Shown: positions 37,683 through 50,100 of the stretch, one piece after another
Layout of the letters: every line of letters starts with the position of its first letter
Position numbering within the stretch: position 1 is the stretch's first letter
NCBI RefSeq assembly: GCF_008831285.2
Contig: NC_045138.2
Coordinates: 12,586,001-12,650,000, forward strand
Source: Nymphaea colorata
Lineage: Eukaryota
Reading direction: 5' to 3'
DNA length: 64,000 nucleotides
Translations under genes and position numbers: made by a program
The notes under the pieces: generated by a model
What the model saw: only the letters and a program-made list of their open reading frames with translations
Database searches by the model: none
What the model was told of the DNA's origin: nothing

Positions 37683-38453
37683 CACCCCCCTCCTTGTCTC
37701 TTGCACATTGATAAAAAGTCTTCAAATTTTCCCATCTATACCAAGAAATATACTTTGAAAAAAAAAAAAGCAAGGTTTGACACTTTCATATATTTAATTT
37801 TTTTGGCGGAATTGTGACAGTTTTTTTTTTTTTTTGTGTTTGGGGGGTGGGGGAAGGCGATCGATTTTTTTTTTTTTAACTTTTATTTTGAAAAACATGG
37901 AGCAGACATTGAATGAGAATTATCTGCTTTGTCAATTCCATGTTGTTTTCATTGTGGAAATTAAAATCACAAATGTAAAGATTAAGTTACTGTTTCAAGT
38001 GTCAAACATACCCCTTAAAAGACAAGGGGTTCGGCTTAAGGAAACTCATTTATTTCTCTCTCTCACTCTCACACATCTTTTGAAGAGTATTTGTAACTAT
38101 TGAATTTGAATTATAACTTAATTTTCATCATTTGATCTCTCTCTAAAGTCAATGATGCATATGATTCACATCAAATCTAGTGTACGAGGGTCTCTATCCA
38201 ATGCATTGGTTAGTAGTGATTAAACACACTGCCTGGTATATCACATCGGGTGATGTGATATGTAGCTCAATCCACCCCCACCTTGTCTCTTGCATTGGTA
38301 AAACCTCTGCAAATTTCTCCGTCTATACCAAGAAATATACTTCGAAAAACATGCAAGATTTTACACTTTCATGTATTTAATTTCTTTGGCGGCCCATGAG
38401 AATGGGGGCGATGGCCTCCTCGTAGCAAAGTTGGTGGGGGTAAGGCGGCCGAA

Positions 38454-38515
<62 letters not shown>

Positions 38516-39013
38516 AAAAACATGGAGTGGACTTTGAATGAGAACTATCTGGTTCGTCAATTCCATGGAGTTTACATGGTGTAAATTAAAATCACAAATG
38601 TAAAAGCTAAGTTATTGTTTCAAGAGTTAAAAATACCCTTGAAACTCATTTATTTGTCCCTTTTCCTCTCTCCTCTCTTGAAGGGAAGTGTATTTCATAC
38701 TATTGAAAATTAGTTTGACTTGTAACTTAATTTTCATCATTTCATCTCTTTGAAATCAATTATGCATATGACTCTCATCAAACCGTAGCCGAGCTAAGAT
38801 TTTTCATCAGCACTTGTGTAGGTGATAAGGTTAACACATTATAACTGAATTTTTGAAGGGCTGGTGTGGGCAATGGCCCACCCCAGCCAACGAGTAGCTC
38901 CGCTACTGCGATCAAATCTGCTCAATGATGGTCTCCATCCAATGCATTGGGCTGGTATGGTTAAACACATTGCCCTGTACATTACATCGGGTGATATGAT
39001 GTATAGTTCAATC
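37683..39013 (+). repeat. Old tandem duplication (about 590-bp unit: 37683-38272 and 38273-39013)
   Basis: Colinear shared blocks ccttgtctcttgca, tctataccaagaaatatactt, ttgaaaaacatggag, aaattaaaatcacaaatgtaaa, atccaatgcattgg and acatcgggtgat. Copy 2 has gained a (TA)n tract and a MITE. Confidence 0.88.
38783..38908. mobile_element. Small hAT-type MITE (126 bp) in duplication copy 2
   Basis: TIRs CCGTAGCCGAGCTA / TAGCTCCGCTACTG. Flanks TCATCAAA / CGATCAAA (6/8). The empty site cacatcaaatcta is present in copy 1 at about 38167. Confidence 0.8.
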
Positions 39014-39289
39014 TTGACTAAATGCTTTCATCATTCCTTTTTTTATTATCAATTTAAAGAAAAAAAATGGATGCATTTAATGACCCATAGAAAATTTAAC
39101 GGGACTTATATGCAAACAGGTAACCTCAGTTTAGCCTAAAAAATTACTAGACAAACTATATTTTGACGAAAAAACGACACAACAAAGAAAACGTACGTAT
39201 GTGTGTGTGTCTATATATATATATATATATGAAACAATGAAGAAAATTTTATATACTTCAAAACACAATATAATTATGCAAAATCGATG

Positions 39290-39321
<32 letters not shown>

Positions 39322-39448
39322 TTACCATGGTTAACAATCTCATTCTTGGGTAAATGCTTTTAGCTACCGCTGTTGTAGTCAGTTTCTTGCGTTTTTATCT
39401 AGGTTCAAACTGTGAATAAAAACACATACCTTATGTTGCCACAGTTTG

Positions 39449-39499
<51 letters not shown>

Positions 39500-40034
39500 A
39501 GTAAAAGATAATTATGGATGTTTTCAACTAACCAATTATCGCTAATTTACCAAATCTAGGTACCAAAATATCACATGATTATCTAAAAAAGTAGACAGCC
39601 TTTCATCCATGCAACAAAAATTGAGATCTAAAACTGTTTCAAAATAACTTGCACCACTGATGCATCTGAAAATACATTTCACCGTAGAATCGATATCCTT
39701 CATTCAATAATTGGAGGCAACAATGGGTCTTTAAAGCTTGGACCTTAGGCATCTTTGGATTGTCAGTCAGCCGAAGGGTTTCAATAGGACAGGATAAGAA
39801 GTGAGCAAATCCTCGCCAAGATAAAAGGAAGCTTAAACATGTTACTTGTGAAACCACAGCTTATATATATATATGAAGTTAAATGCCACTTAGAATTCTG
39901 AATCTTGAGAACTAGTTTGGATGACTAAAGGACTTTTACCAGCCTTTTTCATGCCTGAAAATTGTGTGCTTCTGTTAGGATAAATGAAAAGTGTTTGGTA
40001 GGCTTGGCATTTGAGTTACAAGTGCTAGTACATT

Positions 40035-40549
40035 TAGGGCTGCACAAGAGCCAAAATCGAGCAATGTCGACTCGTCTTGACTTACAAGCTTGAGCTTGGG
40101 ATCAGGTTGAACTCAAATTGAGCTCCATAGAATAGGCACGAGCTCGACTTGATGAGACAACGTTGAGCTTGACTCGCTTAACTCGTTTCTGTTAACTTAA
40201 CATATCTCATTTCTTTCAACTCGTTGATTTGTTTAACTGGTTTCTTTTAACTAATCAATTATGAAGGACCATCTAAAATCCCCAAAGAAAAAAAGAATTC
40301 ACGTATTCTGCATCTGAATATCCCTTAAAGCAAACCTTAGCAACAAAAAATATTTCATCCACAACACATTTATGTAGTTAAGCCAAGCCCAGTTTAAACT
40401 AGTCAAGTTCTTACAACTCAAATTAGACTTATTTATCATTTTGAATATAAATTTAAACTTGATTTGGGTTCGTTTGTAAACGAGTTGAACTCCAGTTTTT
40501 ACAAAGTGAGTTTGAGTCAAGCTCAAATTGGCTCCATTGTGCAGCCCTA
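40035..40549. mobile_element. hAT-type MITE (TIR TAGGGCTGCACAA)
   Basis: Perfect 13-bp TIRs. Flanks AGTACATT / TTTACATT (6/8). GAGCT/CTCGA subterminal repeats. Confidence 0.88.
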
Positions 40550-40819
40550 TTTACATTACAATAAAGCTAGCTTATGGCCACGGTCGATGCCCAAGGTAAT
40601 GGCTACTGCATAGTTAAGGATATTGTTACTCAAATCGACAAATCTAAAAATGTGGTTTTTTTAATTATTTGGTACAATTTTTTTTTTTGTGTAGGGTGGG
40701 GGGGGGGGTTCAAGAAGGTCTGCACTCTGCAGAAAGGGGTGAGGTGCATGTTCTTGTGAATAGTGCGCCTCGTGACTAAGTCTCCAACTTATTTATTTTT
40801 AGTTAAGAAAGGGGTGCAG

Positions 40820-41435
40820 CATAGTTAGCAAACTCGGCAGACTGACTTGGCAATCACTCAGTGGCAAATCAGGCCATGAGTCAAGCCTTTTGCCTGACTC
40901 ACACTGACTCGGCCAGAGTTGGCCCTGAGTTGCCCTTGGCTCACCTAAAATCACGCAATTCAGCTGCAGTAAAATTACACTATGGTTATTTTAATACTTA
41001 ACCCAGTCGATGAGTCAACTTGTTGATCCAGTGACTTGATCATTTGCAGATCCGAGTCAAAGTCATGGGTTTGTCAACTAAATGCGTGAGTGAAGCGAGC
41101 CGAAGGCTTTTCCCTCTTTTGGGAAATCAAAAGAGGAAAACGTCGCCACACTTTTGCCACTTGCTGCTTGCTGCTACCGAAGGAAAATCTCTTGATTCAC
41201 GCCAGACTCAGCCCCGACTTGCCCGAAATTGCCTAATTTAGCTGCAGTAAAAATATACTATGGTTATTTGAATGCTTGACCCCAACAGCGAGTCAACTCA
41301 CTGCTCTAGTGACCTAATAATCTAGGAGTCCGAGTCGTAGGTTTGTCAACTATGGGCATGAGCGACCAGAACCGAGGGCTTTTTTTTCTTTTGGGGAAAG
41401 AGGAAAAATTCACCACACGTTTGCCACTAGCTGTT
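40820..41435 (+). mobile_element. CATAGTT-TIR MITE whose right end and flank are tandemly duplicated
   Basis: Starts catagttagcaaac. The right end gtttgtcaacta occurs twice (about 41080 and 41354), each time preceded by agctgcagtaaaa..actatggttattt and followed by gaggaaaa..ccacac.tttgccact. Confidence 0.7.
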
Positions 41436-42069
41436 GGCGAAGAAATGCCACCTTTATGGCTGCCCGCTGCTTCTCGTCAATAAATTGTGAAAACTTGGCT
41501 CATCCTTCGCGTTTTTGAGCTCATCTCTGGTCTTTCTATTAATCCCTCCAAGTGTCACATTTCTCTCATTCACGCGGATCCAACCACGGTGCTTCTTGCG
41601 GAAGCTTGTTTTTGGTGTAAGGATACTGGTCTGCTCATGGACTACTTGGGTCTTCAGATTACATTGTCACCTCCTACGCCCTCCTTTTGGGATGGAATGG
41701 AGCAGAAGTTGTTGGATCACCTCCATTGTTGAGAAGAAAAGTTGTTTTCCCTCTCCGGACGTATTATCCTTGCTAAACATTATCTTGCGTTTGTCTTCCT
41801 TCATGCCTTGGCTGTATTTCGACCTTTTATGGTTGTACTAAAAAGGGTTGATAAAATCATTCGTAATTTTATTTGGCATGGTGATCGTAATTCAGATTGC
41901 CTTGTGCGTTGGGATGTGGTTGTCCTTCTGTGTCTTCTTGGGTGTGCTGGGGTGACCAACCTTAGTCAGACGTGTGAATCTTTTTTATGTTCTTAGTGGT
42001 GGCATTTAACAACTGATCTTTCTCTCATCTCCTTTTTCATTTGTTCCAAATATGACCTGTCTTCCGTTA

Positions 42070-43371
42070 GGGCCCGTTTGATTGTAGAGAAAAAAATGGG
42101 TGGAGCGGTTGAAATACGTACGGGCGAGTGAAATTTCATCCGCCCGACACAGAAACCATCAAACGGGGTGAAATTTCACCCGGTTTACGATAAAGTGAGC
42201 GGGTGAAATTTCACCCGCTCGACATTTTCCTTTCGAGCGTCTTCCTCCGCAGTCGATAATGGATGTGCAGTCGTGAGCCTTTCTCGTCTTCTCTCTCTTC
42301 CGGTGAAAATTCCAGCAAGCAGCAGACACATTGGTGGCAACCCATGGACAAGCGGTCATTTTTTGCCATTGATCGAAGGCCTCCGCCTGAGCGGCAGTGG
42401 CCGGACGGCAGCAAGCTGCCCTTTTTCAGGAGTCCCGGCCATGGCAGAACCACCCTCACGACTGTGGCAGCTGCTACAAAGATGAAAAGGACTCTTTTTA
42501 CTGCCGCTGCTACTGTTGCTTCTGTGCGACCTCTGACGAGAGAAAGCAAGAAGATCTGAACTCTTTGGTTTTCAAGCTTTGTTGAGAGGGCGGCTGAAGC
42601 GAGCCATCCTTTCACTCTTCCTTTGTAGACGATAAACATTTTTTGGGTTCACTGTTGATCTTCATATGAACATTCGACAAGCTTTGCTAATGTCCCAAAA
42701 TGTTTATCATTTGTAGAGTTATGTCGCAAAATTCCGACAGAAAATGATAAACATTTTCTGGGTTCCCCACCGATGTGTACATGGACAACGTCCTCCTTGA
42801 CGTTTATGTCAAGCGCATTTGCCTTCGCCGCGACGAAATGCCCTAGAAAGACGTCGTCTCTTGGACTACCATCATTTCTGGGTGCGCTGGCAAAGGGCTC
42901 CATGGAGAGTCCTTTTCCTGTTTCAGAGATATGCTCCGCTCCGGCATCTCTGTTAATGAGTTCGCTTTGACTATAGTGCTTCGTGCTTGCTTGGATGCGT
43001 TTCTGGTGAGGGAAGGCGTGCAGGTGCATGGCATGATGCTCAAGGCATCGGCGGCGATGCCGAGCTTGTGCGTGGATAACGTTTTGGAAGATCATCTTCT
43101 AATTTATTCCCACGTCAAATTGGGGAGGGGAAGAAAAAAAACAATATTTACCTTGTTAAATTTTTCCTATGCATCAAACATGGTTAAACTTACCAAGTTA
43201 AATACTTCCTTTGCATCAAACAAGGTTAAATTTACCACGTTAAATTCTTTTAGTGAATCAAACATGGCCTCAGATTGGAAGAGGGAGAAATTTCATCCTA
43301 TAAATTTTTCCACAAAAATTTACCATGGTAAATTTACCACGTTAAATTTTACCCGACAATCAAATGGGCCC
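42070..43371. mobile_element. Non-autonomous PIF/Harbinger-type TIR element (1302 bp) carrying captured gene sequence (Pack-like)
   Basis: TIRs GGGCCCGTTTGATTGT / ACAATCAAATGGGCCC (15/16) and a TTA TSD (42067-42069 and 43372-43374). Subterminal repeats GTGAAATTTCAC on the left and AAATTTACCACGTTAAA on the right. Confidence 0.92.
42772..43080 (+). pseudogene. Captured fragment of a PLS-class pentatricopeptide repeat (PPR) gene
   Basis: A single frame reads DVYMDNVLLDVYVK..DEMP*KDVVSWTTIISGCAGKGLHGESFSCFRDMLRSGISVNEFALTIVLRACLDAFLVREGVQVHGMMLK. This matches the PLS-PPR motifs DEMPxKDVVSWxxII, NEFT..VLxAC and GxQVHG. One internal stop. Confidence 0.88.
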
Positions 43372-44839
43372 TTAGTGATTGAAATATTTCTATCTCTCAC
43401 GCCTTTCCTTTACACTTTTGGTGTGACCTGCTTTCTGCCTTTTTCCTTTTCCTCCCCCTTGCTTAGCTCCCTCCGCTCATGATCTTGGCCTCTTTTGCGC
43501 TCTCATGATTTCACTTTTTCTTCTTGTTATCTAGCCTCCTTTGGTTTTTTTCGTTATGTCGCTCCCACCCCGGTTCCTTTGGTCTATTGGTCCTTCTTTT
43601 CGTGCCATTGCTTTTACCTAACTTCTTCTTGCTGGTGACATCAATACTTTTGACAACTTATAGTGCCTTGGTATTAGTTTAGCTAACCAATGTCGCATCT
43701 GTCTCACCACGGCTGAGTCTCGGGTTTACCGTTTTACCTCATTTCCTTTCTTCTATAGTGTTCTTGTCTCTTTTGTCTTTTTTTTGTTAGTAACCTTTCA
43801 AACTCATCGTCCATTCGTCTTTTTTTTTTCTCTTTTATGCTTACTCCCATCTGCCTTTTTTTTGAGGTCGTGTCTGGAGGTTATGGTTCATTTCCTCTTG
43901 GTGACCCTTTTGGGATGAGCGCAACAATAGGGTCTTCAAGGACACCTTCTCATCGTCAGAGTCTGTGGCACGCCTTGTGTAGAGGGATGTCCACTTTGCT
44001 ATTCGGTTATGGCACCGTCCTTCGTCTACTGTTGGGTGACTCTATTGTCCTGTCTGTCCACTCCTTCTACACCGGTCTTATTTGTTTTATTGTACTGCTA
44101 ACTTGTATATTTCGTTCTTCTTTTTGTTTTTGCGGTTTGTTCGGGATTTTTATCAGCTTTCTCTCTCTCTCTCTCTCTCTCTCCCCCCCCCCCCCTCTCT
44201 ATGCCTTAAGAGCTTGAGCGGCTGAGCCACCACCCTGCCTTTCTCAATCATCAAGATTTCGAGGGGGAAGCAATTCATATCTCTCTCTCTCTGGGCATTG
44301 AGGGATGGGTTATCGCCAAAGGTCATTGTGCCCCTAGAATTCCCCTTCATATAAAACCAATTTGTGAGATTCTTTCTTTGTTGATGGAGCATTCTGCAGT
44401 TTCTGGTATTTTTTTTTTGCTTTCATTGAATCTTTGCAATGTTTTTGCTCTCTTATTGAGGCTCTGGTCTTTCATTCTTGTGCCCTTTTGGTACTTTACA
44501 CTTTTGCTCTCTTATTAAATTCTTTAGTTAATTCACTTTTTTGCCTTATTAAATTCTTTAGTTAATTCACTTTTTTGGAATACACAGTGCGTCCAACTTG
44601 ATTGAAGTTGCTTGAATGATGTAACTTCTTTGGTGTTGGATTGTCCTTTTTCATAAATGTCTTTATTTTTTTCCATCAAATTTTTTATTTACGTAGCAAT
44701 CTAAACAACATGTACATATATCTACTTTTCCTTTTAGTTACTAACCGATTGAGTGCCACCACTGGCCATGGCTACTTTCAATTACTTTGTTTAACTTCTC
44801 AATTATGACACACTACTCCAATTGGTCGAAGGGTTTCGT

Positions 44840-47169
44840 TGGCCCATCTACTAGGGTTCTGATTTGGGTGTTCCACTGTGGTGTCATTCCGTCCGTCGAC
44901 CGCCGATGCGCCGGCGGTCGTCGAAGGTCTAACGGATTCTATGGAGTGCCAGATGGGCCGAGAGCTGGACGAAAACGCGCTCATGCGTGGAAGACTTTCC
45001 CCCGCTGGTTGCGGAACAAAATAGAATGGTTCCAAATGCCCCTTCGTGGGCTTCAATGGTGGCGAGGAATGGCGACATCTTGGAGGAATGCGAGCCTAAG
45101 CTTCAAATCAGAGAGGAGAAGAATGGGCAGAAGCACCTGTTCGTTACTAACAAAGCGTATGACCAACTCAAGAAACCATTTCAAAATACAGCAATTGCAA
45201 CCCTCGCAAGTGGTGGTGGAAGGAACCGCTTGGACTTCACTGCACTCATGGCACTATGGCTAGCTATGCGAAATTTACGTTTCTCTTCCTCTGGAAAAGG
45301 GATTTTCCTCATACGTGCGTCATCGGAAGATGACATTCTTGCCATTACTGAACCTGCAAGATGGAAAATAGGAGGCTGGTTTCTGATCACCAACCGATGG
45401 AAACCTGGCTCTCCGCTTAAGATTAACGCCAAGAACAAGGTCTGTATCTGGATTAGGTTACCTGATTTACCGACCTTGTTCTAGCAGACCAAGGTTTACA
45501 GAGACCTAGCGTCTCTGATGGGTCCTTCATTTATTCAGGCCGATGCTTTCACCAAGGACATGTCTCGCATCCGAGTGGAAGACCATTGGGGTTCTTTCCT
45601 GTTTCAGAAGTCAAGTTAGTCCTAGAAGAAAACGATATTACAATGCAAGCGGTAGAATATGAAACTTGCATCCGCGTTTGCTCTGAATGTGGCGCGACCA
45701 GCCACTTTAATTCTTCCTGTAATGTGAACAGAGAAGCAAAGCAAAGGACAATGCTAAGACCGTCCAGGTGGAAGGTGAGGGGTGGACGTCAGTGAAGATG
45801 CCCAAGAGGAAACAAGGCTATACCGTCAAGAAGGATGCAGGGGCTTAGTCGCTAAACAGATTTGGCTCCCTGCAAGTGGAAGGTGTTGGTGGCAGTGAGG
45901 AGATGGACCATCCAAATGCAGTCTCAATTACCATGTCATCTAATCAAGTTAGTAAAGAGGACGTTACGGATTTGGGATCAGCTCTTCCCTTATGAAAATA
46001 CGATCATGGAATACTCGAGGACTAGCAAGGAAACTAGCCCAACGTGACTGTATTGATATTGTCAACAGAGTCCAGCCAGATGTGACTTTCTTCATTGATG
46101 CAGAACTCTCTTTTCACAGATTTTCAAAGTTCAGCAAAGTGTTTGACCATTACGATCAGTTGTCTAATCTGCAGCTGGATGGAAACTAGGCCACAATTTG
46201 GGCCCTTTGAAACCCAGTTGAAGTTGAGTTAATAGGGAAGCGCACCACTCTTCATTGGATAATCCTTTGGATCAAACAGGTGAGAACAACTCAGATCTTT
46301 GAAATTGTTCGCATATACTTTACATCCAGATTTCAGGCATCAGTCATTGCAATTTTGTGAGTTGAGTCGTGGAGCTTGCCTACTTTCTCATTTGCATTGG
46401 TAACTTCAATTCGATTTGTGGTCTGTGGGAGAAAACAGGCAGAGCTTCAGCACTCGAAGCTTGTCTGACTATCTCCCATTTTATTTCTTCACGCAACCTA
46501 GTTGCAATCTCCATCCCTGATTGAAAATTCACACGCACGAATAACAGAACAGCAAGAGTAGATGTCATGAGTAAACTCGACAGGTGTTTTGCCTCTACTA
46601 GTGTGCTTGATGACAGCATCTCACCCTTAAACTGGACGTGCTCCGTAGATCAACGTCAGATCATAGCCTGATCTTCCTGAAGATCGAAAAGTACCACTCC
46701 CAAACAATTGGTAAGTCGGTTTTTTAGATATTTCAATTACTGGTTTCACCTTGCAGGTTGCAAAGATACGGGGAGGTTTTTGGTTGCCAGATGGTGAGAT
46801 TGCTATCCAAATCAGATGTTCGACGAGAATTGAGAGCATGGAGCAGAAGTGATCAGAATAATCTGGATAAAATGATAGAGGCTGCGGGTTGAGATTAGGC
46901 AACCTTAATCGCGAAGTGAAAGAGGGGATGAGACGACTTTAGGGTGTGAGAGGTGTTTGAAGGCTGAACTCTAACAGACTTCTCTTATTGGAAGAAGATC
47001 AGATAACGCAAAAATCTAGGACTTGGATGCAAGGTGGGGATTTGAACAAACAAAGAAAAAAAAATCATGATATGATTAAGAGCAGGCAAAGGAAGAAAAT
47101 AATAGCCTCCATTGGATAAGGTGGAGCTGTTGTTAATGAAGCTGCATATATTTTTCATGCTTGCACCTA
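44840..47169 (+). mobile_element. L1-like LINE, 5' part: ORF1 (DUF4283-like plus CCHC knuckle) and ORF2 endonuclease, degenerate
   Basis: ORF 44987-45484 reads GKGIFLIRASSEDD...WKIGGWFLITNRWKP...VCIWIRLPDLP. Knuckle VEYE..CSECGATSHFNSSC. ORF2 starts MKIRSWNTRGL at 45992, followed by GNFN and SKLDR endonuclease motifs. Confidence 0.88.
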
Positions 47170-50100
47170 TGTTTGCATTCTCAAAATTTATTTTGGTTTT
47201 TTGAATGCTTACATGAATATGAAGTTTTATTTTTTAAAATTAAAAGGAAAGGAACTCGCCCGTTGGTACGAGGATTAGCCATTCTCGATGACTTTATTGA
47301 GGTAATCAATCCAAAAACTATGCTTATTTTTTATGTATTCCATTTTTACTTAAACATCTTCATCATCTTAAATATAGTGTGGTGTTTATAATTAATGTCA
47401 AAGCTTTGATGTTTCAAATTTTTAGATGAGAAAGTTTTGAAAAATCGTTTGAGAGTATAAACCATTTTCATATAGGAGATTTTTGAATCAAGATATCTTT
47501 GCAAATGTCATTTGAAAACCTTTGAAAGACAATATAGGTAATATAGGTATTTAAAGATCACTTTTCAAAATCAATTTAATGTTCTCTTAAGAACTTAAGT
47601 AAGTTTAAGATTTTGATTTAATTCGGTTATTACATAGCTACAACTCTATCTCATGTTGTTAAAGTTTTTTAAAAAAAAAATATTTGTAATCATTCGTAAA
47701 TTCTACAAGTGAATGTGAATGCATAAATGATTTGATTCTATATGATTGAAAGCAAATTATTTATCATATCATGTCATTCATCTAAAGATATCCTATAAAA
47801 AGGAAAAAAATTTAATAGTAAAAATGAGTTGTAGACATTCAAGCATGATTCTAATATTGAGTCATTACTTGAGTTTTGGTCTTAGTGAAGTTGACAAGTG
47901 AAAATTAAAATCATAGATCTTTGGGAAAGAAATATTTGAAAAAATAGAAAAAAGAAATGAAAGATTTTAAGCAAAAGGAATAGAGGGAAAGAGAAGGAGA
48001 AAGAAAAGAGAAAGAGAAAAAGATTTTGAAAAGGTAGAAAGAGAAATTTTAAAGAGAGTGAATATATATATATGTGTGTGTATTTAGTTGTATGAATATA
48101 TGTATTTGAAAATTTATAAAAAGATGATCTTAAATCTAAGAGAAAGAGAGGGAGTGAAGAAGATTTTAGAGAGAGATAGAGAAATATGAAAGTTTGTAAA
48201 AAAGAATGTATTAACTCGAAGAGAGAGAGAGAGAAGATTCTAGAGAGAGAAAGTGAAATACACATATATACTTATTTATATACATGTATATGAAAATCTA
48301 TGAAGAAATATGTTAAATCATAGAGAGATTAGGATAAAGAGATGCATTCATGCGCATGTATATGTATATAATATATATATATATATATATACATATACAT
48401 TGAAGAGGTAACTTAGAGCAAATCCAACTTTGATTTTTCTATATAGAATGGAGAGGAACTTGTGTTCATGCAAAAGCCTAAGCTAAGTCTCTAAGGCCTC
48501 ACTGAAGTAACTTCTTATTTCTGAAATTCATTTAAAAACATGATTTCAAATACTTTCATATAAGCATAAAATAATAAGCATTTTATCTATTAGAAGAAAA
48601 ATTGTTTCTCCCACCATTAGACGTGAGAATGTCATGAATATGTACTTTAGTATATACACATTCATAAGGGGTTTTTTCGGGTTGAACAAATCCTAACATC
48701 AAAATCAACATAATAATAAAGAAATCTTAATCAAAACATTCATTCTTACCATTCATTCACATCTTAATAAGCAAAATCAGCCTATTATCCATAAATATCA
48801 TTTCAATCATGAACAATCCACACATTTAATGAGGAAAGAAATGAAAGAACTACATTTTGAAAATAAATGGAGAAAAAAAAAATATTTCACTTTGCTCATA
48901 CTCTCGTGCACTTAAGAGTAGCTCTTGACTTCAAATAGCAGATCTTTGAAGCTCTCTTGCATGGTCATTGGGAGATGGCAAAGGGAAATAAAAAAAAATG
49001 AGAGGATTACTACATACTTTTAGTAAAAGTGATTTTAGAGAATGAACATCTTTTTTAGATGATCTTAGAGTTTCCTTGAGTGAAGCTTCAAGATGTTGAG
49101 GATGCCTCTCTCGAGAGGTCTCCTCGTGCTCTCCTGAAGAGTAAAAGTTGGAGAAGCTTGATCCCAAGGTTTGAGAAGAAGAAGAAGAGAAGAAGAGAGA
49201 AATGGAGAGAGAGGTAGGGGAAAACAAGTTTTCAAATGAGAAATACTAGAAGTTTCTCAAGGGTTGGCTCATGCTCAAGAGAAAAGATTTTGGAGGTATT
49301 TATAGAGAGTTTTGGAGTCAAAACTTAAAATTTGATTTTTTAATCTAACAACATTTTTATGCGAATTCCAAGTATTATTTGAATTATTTTATTTTTTTAA
49401 ATAGGTCTTGACCAAATGAGATTGACTCTTAGCACTACAAACACCCATTTGGATGTGTGTGCATAGCTAAATACCCACCCATCAGACCCAAAACCACCCC
49501 CTTGGGGTGGTTTTTAACAAAAAAAAAGGGCATGCGCAGCTCGCATTCCCTGCCTCAGCATGGCCCACGATCGCGTGTCTGTGATTGGCCATGTATACGC
49601 GTGCTACCAGGCAACAGCACTGTCACGACCGTGCCACTCGTGGCAGCGTCTGGCACGCTGACGCACCTGGTGCGGCGGTGTGCCTTAGCTCGTGCATGGC
49701 TAGGTGCTTGGCAGCGCCAGGCATGTGGTAGAGAGGAAGAAATGCCCCTTTATTGGTTCATTTAGACCAATAAGGGGTGGTTTTCGCCTCCCTCCTTACA
49801 AGGGGTCCCACACTTAAAAAAAACGTAAAAATCATTTTCTAAAATGCATATTTTAAAGGGTAAAACGGTCTTTTGTTACAAACAAGACCAACTTCATTTT
49901 GAGTGATTTTGGACTTGTTTTAGATCCAGTTCGAGTTCGTTTGGTCGCCAACATGTTCTAGTTGATGTCCGATGCTTGGATCAAGGATTAGGTGAGTGGT
50001 TTATGCTCAAAACATATTTTTTATGCAAGATTGAGGTACAAAACAAAGGGAAAGTCTGTGCATGCATGCGCGGTGCTCGATAGTATCAAAGTTTGTTATT

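Larger units (their letters stand above)
41480..44155 (+). mobile_element. 5'-truncated L1-like LINE (end of RT to zf-RVT), degenerate, interrupted at 42070-43371
   Basis: LRVFELISGLSINPSK, YLGL, SLSGRIILAK, KIIRNFIW..LVRWDVV. After the insertion, INTFDNL*CLGISLANQCRICLTTAES. Confidence 0.85.

Noticed and set aside
42931..43482. 183-aa ORF as a real gene
   Set aside because: It is a chimera of the captured PPR fragment, transposon subterminal repeats and LINE sequence, reading straight through the TIR.
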